From positions 1-35,514 of the forward strand of contig JALAGF010002830.1 in assembly GCA_030167865.1 (NCBI GenBank): a stretch of 35,514 nt of DNA, in the 5' to 3' direction. The notes below the pieces were generated by a model, which was not told where the DNA came from, ran no database searches, and saw nothing but the letters and a program-made list of their open reading frames with translations. Of this stretch, positions 21,101 to 30,539 are shown in pieces; position 1 is the stretch's first letter, and each line of letters starts with the position of its first letter. Made by a program: the position numbers and the translations under genes. The DNA is from Craspedostauros australis. Its lineage: Eukaryota.

Positions 21101-24100
21101 TCGTCGCGGCTGTTCGCGACAACCGTATTGAAGTCATCTCGTGCCACGTCCAGCAGCGACTTGAAGTCATCCCTCTCGCCGACGATCGTCTCCAGCATGT
21201 ACTGCTGCGAAATGCTGGATTCCTTGAGGCGTTGTACTGCCAGTGCGATCTGTTGCCACAGCGTGGAATCGATGGTCCGGATGCGATTGATGGAGGATTC
21301 CAGCGATTCGATGTCCTTGAAGAATCCGTCATTGTTGACGACAAATGTTGTCGATGCGGGAGATCTCACCTTCATCTCGGAGAACAGAGGCGTTGTGGAA
21401 TCGCTGGATGCGTTTGCTGACAGCGCGTTGGACTTCTGTGGGGTCTGATTGGCGCTGATGTCCAGCGGGTTGTTGTGGGAGTTCGATCCGAAGAGATCTC
21501 GATCCTGCACTCCAGCGTTGTCATAAGCACCATCACGATCAGCGGCAACATCATTGTCGCCGTCATCATCGTGGTCGTCGTTCTCATCATTCCATTCGGA
21601 CCATTTCGACATATCAAGCGACTGATCTGGTTTGTTCGGAGGCATGCTGACGTTCGGCAGGCTGGCGGTGTCCACGCTCTGTTCGGTAGCGTCGGGTTGC
21701 GGGCCGAGACTCAAGGACTGCTGCTCCGATATGGTGTCATCGAGGATGTTGGTCGGCTCGATGCCGGATGTGTGGTCGATGTATCGCTTCAACGGCGACT
21801 CGCCGACGGTTGGGGTGATTGCGATTGGTTTCGCGTACCTCGCATTGTCGCCATCGTCATTGGCACCATCGTTCGTATGATCCATGTTACCTCCTTCGTT
21901 GCTCTGTTGATCATCAAAGTAGGACGGGTGCCTCGAATGGTGCGCGCGGATGGATGGTTCCTTCTGATCTTCAGTTGGATTCGTGGACCACCGTGCCGTC
22001 TCATGAACGTGGTGATTCGTCGTCGTCGTCGTTCGGTGCTCTTCGACGCTTTGGAACAACACCGTCTTGACGTTGGATGCTGATTGAGGCAAATCCGGAT
22101 TGTGCGTGCGCGGTGCGGACTTTGGATATGTTTTGGGACTTGGCGGTTGCCGATTCCCACTTTGTGGTGCAGGAGCGCTGTAGCGAGGTATCCTGGATTG
22201 CAACGGATTTCTAACGGCGGGGGCAGGTGTCGGTGCAGGCTCAGTGTTATTGACCGGCACGGTGACAGGCGCCGAAGATGGCGGCGGCGCCCATTCCTCC
22301 GGCATATCGTTGCCACTGGGAACACCGCTATCGTTAGCCGGGATGGGTTGAGACCTTGCTGCTGGACTTTTTGGTGGAGGGGCATTTCTGGGACCTTTGA
22401 TGTAGGCCTTGACGTCGAACTGCTGAAAGTCGGTCATGTAGTTGGATGGTCGGTAGGAATGCGAATTGTACTCCTTGCGCGTGGGTGTCCGTTGGACCTT
22501 GATGGAGGGTGATGCAGGCGTCGCCGCCTTCGGTTTTGGCGATTTGAAGATCTTGGCCAACCGTTGACGTGGATCGCTCAACACTTGCTCCAGAAGGTGG
22601 TCGCTCTTCGCCAGCTCCTTCAATGCTGGCGATGACGGGACTGCATCGTTGCTGTTGGTGGCGGTGTCTGAGTTTGAGGGAGTCGGCACAAGCAACGATT
22701 TGTGAACATCGCCCTCCATTCTGCTGGACGCCTTGAATGGACTCGATGCAGTTTTGCCAGGTCGCACCAACAACCTCTGACAGAAGCTGAGCACGCCCAC
22801 GGTGGCATCGTACTCATCAGCATATGGCGAGATGCTCCCGATGACGACGACCTTGCTGCTGTGCTGCTCGAGCGGCCTTTGCAGAAGTTTCGTGAGCAGC
22901 GATTCTCGGTACGACACGGCCAGGGACGGTTCCAAGGTGGTCTGCTTGACGGCCTGCGGCGTGCCTGTCGCGGTGGAACGCCTCATGCCCGGCGAGAAGG
23001 ACATGATGGAAGCACCCAGCGCATGTTCCTGGATGAGCATCGCGCGCAGGAGATTCCCCAAAGTGACTGTGGACTTTTTCTGCAGCATGCTCTTGGTGCC
23101 GCTGTGGCCGGCGGCCGTGGAGGAAGCGAAGGAATCGTTGATGGACGCGGACGATACCGAGGCCGAGGATGCTGGCGATGTGAAGTGCGGCAGCGCCAAT
23201 TCTACGAAAGTGAGGACCGAGGTGGGTGGTTTTGAGGATTCGTAGTGGGTCGCGGTGTCCCATATGTTGATGGTGGTGAGAAAGAAGCTGACGCCGGGTG
23301 ATGCGGAAGAGGCTCTGGAAGGTGACATCCTGGCGGTGTGCTTGCGCCGGCGCTTCCTCCGCTTGCGTCCCGACAGCGCCTGCGTCAAGGACGGCGTCGC
23401 GTCGATGGGCTGCTCGATCAGGCCGACGAGCTGCGCGCCCTTGGTGTCGGTGTGGCGGATCGTGATGTTGGACGGCGGCATCTTCGGCGGGACCAGCATG
23501 TCGAGGAGCTCCTCATCGTCATCGGCCTCGAGGACGGAGATCATCGCCACGGCCTTGTCGGGCAGCGTGGATTGTAGCTGGTGCAAGACGCGCAGGATGA
23601 GTCCCTCCGATCCCAGACAGTTGGTTTTGTGGCCGATGGAGACGACGCAGGTGGACTGTTGGTGGATGACGGCGTCCTGGGCAACGGCCTTGGCCAGGAA
23701 GGGCATGGTGGAGGTGTTGTGGTGCTCCTTGCCGTTGGTCTCGCTGGTGGTGCTCTGGATGGTGTTGGGCGAATGACCGTTGGATGATGCGGCCTTGGCG
23801 GATGGCACGTAGGACCACATGACGTGGTTGAATTCGTAGAGCCTCGCCCAGTCTTCGGAGCTGATGTGTGCCACCTGCGCCACCAGCTTGGCGGTCTCCA
23901 TGGTGACATGCGAGGGTATGTACCTGCCAAAGGCCGACGGTTTGACGACCACCAGATCTCGCTCCGTGCTCTTGGATGCGTTGATGGCATTGTCCTTGGC
24001 GTCGCTGGAGGTCGATTGTTCACCAGCCTCGGGCATCAGCTGCTGCGGAAAGATGCACTGCTGCCGCTCGCCCGGCTCCTTCTCTTCGCACACACGCACG

Positions 24101-24768
24101 ATGACGCTGACCTTGCGACATGGCTGCAAGGACACCTTGCTGGACAGCTCGTCCCGATCCTGGCGCTTCTTGAGCAACGGCGAGAACGGCGACAGGAATC
24201 CCTGATTGGCCGCCGCGTGTCTCGGCGTGCCGTACACCGGTGGTGCCGTGGCTGGTGCTGCAGTGCTGGAACCCTGCGGCCGATGCGGCGTCTGATAAGA
24301 AGAGTTGGTTTGGATGCTGGTCTGAATGCGAGTGTGAACGCCCGTTGTCTGCGTCTGCGTCTGTCTCTGTGATTGTCTCTGTGATTGTGATTGTGATTGT
24401 GTGGATGCCCGTGGACTTGACGCATCGAGATTGTTCCGACGCCGCGTGACGGAGGGGGACTTGGCGTCGTCCTTGCCTTCCGCATTGGCTGAAGCACCAC
24501 TTCTGCCTCCACCTCCGCCGATCGTCTTGGGAATCGGAGAGACGAAGAGGCTGCTCCCACTTCCTCCTGCTCCTGCTGCTGCTGCTCCTCCGTTGCCTCC
24601 AGCCTTGCCCACCAGGAAGGGAGACGCCACGAAGTCCTCCGACACTGTGGATGCATCCAGCTTGATGCTCTCCGCGGAGATGTCCGTCTGCTCCACATCC
24701 CGCAGGTATTCGGCGAAGGATCGATCAGGAGCATGCGCCTGTGCAGAAGCTTGCGCAGGTGCTGACAT
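18169..24768 (-). CDS. Kinesin-like protein with degenerate motor domain, disordered middle region and long coiled coil, 2199 aa
   Basis: Single 6.6-kb ORF. Kinesin-fold remnants occur in the right order: KVSVIVRV, YEFNHV, ISVLE..E.LLDML, LVGLIE, LTFVELA, KSTVTLGNLL, SYRESLLTKLLQ, VVVIGSISP..YDATVGVLSFCQR. The C-terminal half is E/Q/K/L-rich and heptad-like. Confidence 0.8.
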   Translation of the reverse strand: MSAPAQASAQAHAPDRSFAEYLRDVEQTDISAESIKLDASTVSEDFVASPFLVGKAGGNGGAAAAGAGGSGSSLFVSPIPKTIGGGGGRSGASANAEGKDDAKSPSVTRRRNNLDASSPRASTQSQSQSQRQSQRQTQTQTTGVHTRIQTSIQTNSSYQTPHRPQGSSTAAPATAPPVYGTPRHAAANQGFLSPFSPLLKKRQDRDELSSKVSLQPCRKVSVIVRVCEEKEPGERQQCIFPQQLMPEAGEQSTSSDAKDNAINASKSTERDLVVVKPSAFGRYIPSHVTMETAKLVAQVAHISSEDWARLYEFNHVMWSYVPSAKAASSNGHSPNTIQSTTSETNGKEHHNTSTMPFLAKAVAQDAVIHQQSTCVVSIGHKTNCLGSEGLILRVLHQLQSTLPDKAVAMISVLEADDDEELLDMLVPPKMPPSNITIRHTDTKGAQLVGLIEQPIDATPSLTQALSGRKRRKRRRKHTARMSPSRASSASPGVSFFLTTINIWDTATHYESSKPPTSVLTFVELALPHFTSPASSASVSSASINDSFASSTAAGHSGTKSMLQKKSTVTLGNLLRAMLIQEHALGASIMSFSPGMRRSTATGTPQAVKQTTLEPSLAVSYRESLLTKLLQRPLEQHSSKVVVIGSISPYADEYDATVGVLSFCQRLLVRPGKTASSPFKASSRMEGDVHKSLLVPTPSNSDTATNSNDAVPSSPALKELAKSDHLLEQVLSDPRQRLAKIFKSPKPKAATPASPSIKVQRTPTRKEYNSHSYRPSNYMTDFQQFDVKAYIKGPRNAPPPKSPAARSQPIPANDSGVPSGNDMPEEWAPPPSSAPVTVPVNNTEPAPTPAPAVRNPLQSRIPRYSAPAPQSGNRQPPSPKTYPKSAPRTHNPDLPQSASNVKTVLFQSVEEHRTTTTTNHHVHETARWSTNPTEDQKEPSIRAHHSRHPSYFDDQQSNEGGNMDHTNDGANDDGDNARYAKPIAITPTVGESPLKRYIDHTSGIEPTNILDDTISEQQSLSLGPQPDATEQSVDTASLPNVSMPPNKPDQSLDMSKWSEWNDENDDHDDDGDNDVAADRDGAYDNAGVQDRDLFGSNSHNNPLDISANQTPQKSNALSANASSDSTTPLFSEMKVRSPASTTFVVNNDGFFKDIESLESSINRIRTIDSTLWQQIALAVQRLKESSISQQYMLETIVGERDDFKSLLDVARDDFNTVVANSRDEMQRRDDEIASLRERLETSIHERREVEKVAEEVTAAQSDLEQQMSVIQKSFADAQKSMEMKDIQAQEMQQEKAGMKDQLNELGNKLQAISKDFKNQQQTSADHQKMRQEAEETKATQQKEIESLRQTIQELNIEVRVSQSKAKKLESTAEQFMQSSNEKSEAVQQLHSQILKLEGEQDVLTREKIVLEEEGKAKDGEISRLFQNGTELQQANASMQAENETLKSQLDEATQHQQQMKGGNQELTKRIGDLQKTKAELEGQNRSLGLQMNELRQAKSATESEKDKMQRQILELQRMKNAVEIEKQDLAVRLDASSHAIDDKNREVAELEGGKETLLKHNIDLQAAEKEAQITIHKLDHEVETLKATIGSLEKQQASSYQTRLSESDKLNAELYRLKVTADNTEQDKMHLERKLKTKSDLAEQLQEQLREELKKGNKLRMEHDELTASRLKDMAMIERLQEDIRKGLGKDSDIDRLHAELAQLRQENVGLESALTTRKSEYFHDVSAKEEEAGKLRMQLERSSAELAALRESERKSAELSDRTILELQARIEDLERQLSELRKENSSLQMDLDSALHRLQQSEAGMSRAGEDANHLRTENRRLTIEVQQFHEEIISQKRIYESKIVSMETTLSSLQLELKESQRKNLQLQEQFDSQNRLFTSNSLDQDQLKSELRIKSTTIERLEHELLAVRDDYRRSEDRITDMKIALESFQTETKRRILERERSSSDDTQRFSRERRDLLERVALLESSNDRVRRERDLCLESLHIGRERLSRLASKSNDFRGFEDIFRQIPDVVSPGTQSSASAWIEEEDYAMNNHPTNVNIGSRSSGVHQTIPVQNSQVKFAAPELYVTRITDDLHTSAMKIRAEEIAACLAMSAKNSLQESQDEASQLRSHVYQLEEEKEIEVASLKARIRSLETELTSPRHHQTRPMAPSTGRPGGPHAGAEAATSTPTPTMAITMTTPGGVTAARTPRRPWR

Positions 24769-25299
24769 GATCCAAACCCAACCCTTCTCTTCTCATGTGA
24801 TCAATGCAGCGTGTGCTTCTAACGTGTGTTTGTAGCGTGTGCCTGTAGAGCAAATGGATTCTCACAGTACCTCGTCACAGGCAATGGCGCAAAGGTGGAC
24901 TCCGAAGGCCTTGATGTCCACCACTATACCCGCTATACCCAACCTCTTGCGAATAGTTGCTTCCACTCCGGCCTTGGAGTTCAAACAACACATGCGCAAC
25001 TCTGCGTTCGCCACAAAAGAAAGCCAGCCGAAGCAGAAGCAGAGGTAGGGCTGATCAATGTGATGGATGTCCTTGTCGCCAGATCTTCCGATGCATTTCG
25101 ACAACGGTTCCCGCCAACCTCCAAAATTTAGGATCATTTTGAATCGGCTGTAGTACACACACCTAATTGAGATAAATGACTCGTGTCCTCACAGTCGTGT
25201 CAATACACACGACTCATTCAAACGTTGTTCGCGGTTCTTGGCGCCAAAACTGAAGTGGTCAACTGCCCTTGTTGTGGCAGTACGGGTACTCTGCACATC

Positions 25300-25408
25300 T
25301 TTGGGCATGTGCTGTTTGGGCATGTGCTGTTTGGGCATGTGCTGTTTGGGCATGTGCTGTTTGGGCATGAGCTGTTTGGGCATGAGCCGTTTGGGCATGT
25401 GCTGTTTG
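25300..25408. repeat. 15-bp minisatellite TTTGGGCATGTGCTG, 7 copies plus a partial copy
   Basis: Read directly; copies 5 and 6 carry substitutions (GAGCTG, GAGCCG). There are no spacers between units. Confidence 0.95.
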
Positions 25409-25587
25409 TATATTACCACGCTCCGCCAAGTGATATGCACTCAAGTTGACACACACATACCAGCCTTCATTCAATAGTGAGTGGAAAGGATTCGAGTGCT
25501 CTGAGTATCATGTTTTCAGTATTACTATATCATGTTCTAACCATTCTGTTGTGTTCCCCTTGTGGTGCCATACAAAGCGATACAGAT

Positions 25588-27651
25588 TCATGCACTGCCC
25601 TCGACGCTGGACGACCGAAAGTGCATCTGCAGGAAATGTTGCTCTTGTTGCTGGTCGTCAGGGCGGCTGCTGCTTCCGCCGTACAGACCATGGCACATGG
25701 CTCCGCAGTTCAGCAGCCGCATCATGCCTTCCTCGAAGTGGAACCCGCGCGAACCTGGCGCGGCATAGCTCGATGACGCACGATTGTCATTCCCTTCTCC
25801 CGCACGCACCGACCCGTACAGTGACGGCGGTGTCAAGCGTGCGGTGTAGAGCTGTTCCTTCATCTTGTGGCCCTGCGACGACATTTCGTTCAGCATATCT
25901 CGGATGCTCTTGTATGGCTTGTCGTTTCGACCGTAATTCCTCTTGCTGTTGCCGTTGATGTTGCTGTTCATGCTGGTGTTGATGTTAGGTTTCATGCTTG
26001 TGCCACCAGTGCCAAAAGTATGGTCGAGAATGCTGTTGTTGTTGCCGTTGCAGTTGCCGTTGATCTTGCTGTGGTTGCTGAAGCTCTGTTCGTTGTCGTT
26101 GGCGATCGGGCCTGCGTGGCCGTTGCTGTTGATGTTGCTTTGGTCCGAAGTTGCACGACCAACATCCCCGACACCAATGTTGAAGTGATTACCGTGATGG
26201 CTGCTCGTGTTGGCGGTGTGGAGGGGGTCCGAATGATCCATCGAAACCTGCATCAGACCCTTGAGGTAGGCGTATGGAGTGTCGTGCTCTGACTTCGACA
26301 TGGGCCGCGCTTCTTTCGGTGTCATGCCTTCGTATGGATGCCTGCGAATCTCCAGCGGCCGTCTTCGTGATTGCTCACTTGAACTGCGTCTGCTGGGCAT
26401 CCTGCCGCCCTTGCCGTGATGGTTGTTTGCGTCCCTGCTGTCAAGATGCTGCGCGCACAACTCCTCATCAAGGAACACGATCACTCTGGGCTGGATCGTT
26501 GAGGAACGCAGTTTCTTCACTTGCCTGACTCTGCGTGTGCCCTGGTCGAATGGACCCCCCAGGCTGGATACTGTGGATGCCGTTTCGCTTGTGCTGACAG
26601 TGTCGTCACAAGCAGGCGCGGAGATGGGCTTGAGGGGCGACTCTTGAAGCGTGCTCTTCGTGCTGTTCGTGCCTTTGCTGTCTCTCTGATTGTGCTGCCT
26701 CGCTTTCCTCTCGCTGCTCATGGTCCTGCTCTTGCTGAGCATGTTGGGTGATGGGAATGATTCCGCGGTGCTCCTCGTCGGGAGGGTTTGCGGCGTCGTT
26801 GGTGATGAAGATGACATCGATGATGAGCTTTTGCAGGGTGTGACTTGTGCCTGTTTGGAAGGCGTCTCGTTGTTGACTACAGCGTTCTCAGGTTGCCCCG
26901 TCAGTTCGTTCATCGTGCCAATGTCATTGTTGCCGTGTCTCCAAATCTCCAACCTCGCTTGGCCTGCGCCAGCTGCGCTGTTGCGCTGCAAGCCATTCCC
27001 TCCCACCATCACGAAAGAGCCATGGCCAGATGTGATGGACTGCTTCACATTCTTGACGAACTCCTCCTGCGGATTCCAATCCCATGAGCTGTAGTTGATT
27101 GTCATCGTGTACAACGGCTTCATCTGTATCTGCGGTCTTGGCTTTACTGGTGCAGGTGTCGGTGCAGGCGCCGGCGCAGGAGGGACAGCAGAGTCCAATA
27201 GCATCGACAGTGACGATGATGAGGAGGATTTCATTGAGAAGATGGAAGATCCCATCGACGATTCATCGCCATTGCGCCTCTTGGATGCGCCCGTATTCGT
27301 CCTTCGTCTCCGGGTCTTCGCCTTTCGCTTTGACGTGGGCGTTGCGGATTGGGCAGTAGGCGAAATCGGTGATGCCGCAGTTAGCATCGGCGCGGATGTT
27401 GATGTTGGTGTTGATGCGGATGTTGGCATCGAGATGACGTACCAATCGTTGGGGTGATCGTGAAGGTTGTGCTGGCGACAGATGCGCCACGCTGCTTCGG
27501 CTGCCTGGTCTTCCGTTGCAAAGCTTGTCTTGAAGTGGCTCTGTCTCCCATCAACGTTGGTGGCCTCAAGGGTGTACGACATTGTGGGGGAAGTTGATGT
27601 TGATGCTGATGCGCTGGATCCCTGCGACGACGACTGGTTCTGTGGCTCCAT
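25588..27651 (-). CDS. Hypothetical S/T/N-rich low-complexity protein, about 687 aa
   Basis: Open frame over 2 kb with first ATG at 27651 (MEPQNQ). Short ordered-looking patches (YTLEATNVDG..AAWRIC..WYVI; LYTMTINY..W.P.EEF..LEIWR; RVIVFLDEE) but no family recognised. Confidence 0.65.
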   Translation of the reverse strand: MEPQNQSSSQGSSASASTSTSPTMSYTLEATNVDGRQSHFKTSFATEDQAAEAAWRICRQHNLHDHPNDWYVISMPTSASTPTSTSAPMLTAASPISPTAQSATPTSKRKAKTRRRRTNTGASKRRNGDESSMGSSIFSMKSSSSSSLSMLLDSAVPPAPAPAPTPAPVKPRPQIQMKPLYTMTINYSSWDWNPQEEFVKNVKQSITSGHGSFVMVGGNGLQRNSAAGAGQARLEIWRHGNNDIGTMNELTGQPENAVVNNETPSKQAQVTPCKSSSSMSSSSPTTPQTLPTRSTAESFPSPNMLSKSRTMSSERKARQHNQRDSKGTNSTKSTLQESPLKPISAPACDDTVSTSETASTVSSLGGPFDQGTRRVRQVKKLRSSTIQPRVIVFLDEELCAQHLDSRDANNHHGKGGRMPSRRSSSEQSRRRPLEIRRHPYEGMTPKEARPMSKSEHDTPYAYLKGLMQVSMDHSDPLHTANTSSHHGNHFNIGVGDVGRATSDQSNINSNGHAGPIANDNEQSFSNHSKINGNCNGNNNSILDHTFGTGGTSMKPNINTSMNSNINGNSKRNYGRNDKPYKSIRDMLNEMSSQGHKMKEQLYTARLTPPSLYGSVRAGEGNDNRASSSYAAPGSRGFHFEEGMMRLLNCGAMCHGLYGGSSSRPDDQQQEQHFLQMHFRSSSVEGSA

Positions 27652-30109
27652 TGGACGAGTGTTGTGTTGCGACGTTTGAATGTTGTTATTTGCAATGGTC
27701 GTATTCGAACGGTTCGTGTCGAGCAGAGCAGGTAGTCTTCGAGCAGATTTGAGAAGAGCAGCAAGGTGTAGTTTGGTATTGTGTGGTCTGGTGTGGTATG
27801 ATCTCACTTTGAGAATGTTGTGATGATGGGGATGGCAGTAGCGATTGTGACTTCTCTATCATCGACTGGCGAATGATTTGTGTGTGGGAAACAGAAGAGT
27901 ATTGTGTGGTCCGCTATGTATTCGTATGGCTTTGGAAGTTCGAATTGTTGGGGATGTGTTCAGTCGAGCAATGGCTGATGGATGACCCGATCGATAATGG
28001 GGGCGCAGAAGAAAGCTCTGCTCGTAACAATCGCGTGGTATGGTACGAATCTCCTTTCGTGATCTGATCTGATCTGATGTGTGATGCTGCATACCAGTCT
28101 TGATCGGCGGCAGAAGCAGGCGGGATGTTCGCGAAGATGGGTTTGTGGGTTGGTTGGATGGGCGGGCCCTGCTCTTTTCTCTGGATTCAAATGGAGGAGG
28201 AGCGACGATGTGTTCATGTGCTTCAGTTTGTGCTCCGCATCGACCAAGTGACAAACATCACGATCGAGACAATGTGGGTGTATGACATGAGACGGCAAAG
28301 TAGCAAGCAATGGAAGGACGAGCTACGACGCGCCGACAACGACGCACCCTCCCCGTTCTGCTTCGTCGAAAGATGACCATGTCGCTTGCTTACTACTCAA
28401 CGTACTTGCGCCATCTATTCCGCCCACCACGGACTTCGCGCATCTTCGTGTCCATCATCTTCGCGGACATGGCCATTCGCTTTGAACTTCGTCGCATCGC
28501 CAATGCTTCCACGCACTCACAAACACGTGCGTACTTATGTATGGGCCCTCCAATTCCTTCCAAGATTACTCGTTTGCGGATTAGATGCGTGTTGGCTGAT
28601 TAACGCTCGGCCTCCGAGAGGGTGGCATTTTCTCTTTTTTGAAACGCCATTTTCACGACTGGCCTGGTTGTTTTGGCGCCTTTTCTCTTGTGTGAGGGAC
28701 TTTTTCATCTCCTTTTCTGTGACTGGCTGGCGCGCATTTGAGATTGAAAGGTAGCCTCTTTTTCGAAGCAAGGGTCTTTTCTGTGTGAAGTCTACAAAAT
28801 AGCCTTTCTCTCTCTGGAGAGAGTGCTGGACCTGACCATCCTCTTCCATATCCTTGGGATCTTCACAGTATCGAGTCTGGACCGAAGCTTTCTTCTCCCT
28901 GCTGTGCCGAGCCTTGCCCGATACCTTGCCTGATACTTTGTTGTCCTGCTCGGTGTCCTCCCTGTCCTCCACTTCCATCCGCTCCTCTCTCATCATGTTC
29001 ATTCTCACGCTGTTCGTTTCTCCCCTTCCTCCCAATTCGAAGGTTGCATGGAGGTGTTCCAATGCCATCTCCTTCGAGGATGGACTTGGTTGCTTCACCT
29101 TTCATTACATCTCATTGCGAAACCCCTCCGCTTTCCAGTTGCCCATCGGGCACCTCTGATGCTTGAGCGGCCAGCAGAAGCAATGCGCATATCATGGCAG
29201 ACAGAGTGAACTTCATGATGGGGTGTGATTCAATTCAATTCAATTCGATTCGACACGATTCATTTCGGTTGTTGGTTGGATTGTGGGAGAAAAGGCATCA
29301 TTTGGAACAGCTGATCAGCGATACAGCACGCAGCACACACCACCGCTGAGCACACAGCACATAGAATGGAAAGAGGAGAGGAGATAGCACAACGATAGTA
29401 CACATACGTACACCACCTGTGGCGGACTGGTGCATGGTGAGACGAGATGAAGCAAACAGAGAAGAAGTGGAACGTATTACACTCGCGAACGTCTGTTTGA
29501 GCATCGAACTCTGTGATGTCGAAATCGTGGCGATTCCTCGCAACAAACATGATGCTTTGAGTCATGTGTACTTTGACAAGTCCCGAGTTGTTTCCCCAAG
29601 CTACATTTCTCGCATCGTCCGACCAAGTCGTGTCACACACTCCAACCGCAAGCCAATGTCCATCGCGATAACGTGACGTGACGTGACATGATGTGACATT
29701 GTGAGAGTGTGAACGCCCACAACACAGAGGACATCACGAAGGACGCAAGAGAGGCTGTGTGTCCCAGAGCGCATCACAGCACCAACAACAACATCCATCA
29801 TTGACTGGCCTCATTTGCGATGTCCAACACGATACCCCAAACTCTTTCAACACGTGTCACAACACCATCGTCCATTGCATGCCATAGTGCATTCCGTGGC
29901 ATTGCCAACAACCTGCACCGACCCTTGCTGAATACCACCTTGGAAGACTACTGTATCAAGAGGTCCATGCCATCTCAGCATACTCCCTCATCGAACTGGC
30001 ACGACACGCACAGCCTCACATGGAACGCCACTCCAGCATCACAGCCTTGACGTACTTGGGATCAGTGCGTGCCATCCCATCGTATCATGTCATGGGACCG
30101 GCCAAGGCC

Positions 30110-30385
30110 TGTTGGAACAGCTGGCGCTCGTGGCTGGCAGGAGTCCGCTCAACGGCCAGGCGATGACCAAAATGACCGAGATGGGGCGAAGAGACAGGAT
30201 GGGAGAACAAACCACGGCCACACACGTGAGAGCCAACCAACAGCAAACAACAAAACCAAACCATAAAATCAAACAAACAGTATCTGATCAAACACAACCA
30301 AAGTAGCATCACACAGCACTCGTCCTGGCTCCACTCTTCAGCGTGAAGCTGGGTAAGGACCCGACGCGAGACTGTTGTCTCAACA
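30110..30385 (+). repeat. Candidate 5' LTR (276 bp)
   Basis: Begins TGTTG (30110) and ends CAACA (30385), a 5-bp terminal inverted repeat, 32 nt before the gag ATG. No second copy is available to confirm it. Confidence 0.6.
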
Positions 30386-30417
30386 TACTGTTTGTTTGAT
30401 TCTTGCTCTATCCGACA

Positions 30418-30474
30418 ATGAGCACAGATAAGAAGCCAGCCGTGCCGACGAAGCCAAAGGCAGAAGGCGGCACC

Positions 30475-30539
<65 letters not shown>

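Noticed and set aside
25300-25408. 15-bp array as a CRISPR or as a coding repeat (HVLFG / MPKQH frames)
   Set aside because: No spacers, no cas genes, eukaryotic context; the ORFs are by-products of a stop-free repeat unit.
28535-29098. 187-aa charged minus-strand ORF
   Set aside because: Explained by purine skew; no motif or homology recognised. It could be a relic but I cannot support a call.
29671-29700. (ACGTG)n run containing TGACGT bZIP/aureochrome-like sites
   Set aside because: Simple pentamer microsatellite about 2 kb from the nearest host gene start; no evidence of function.
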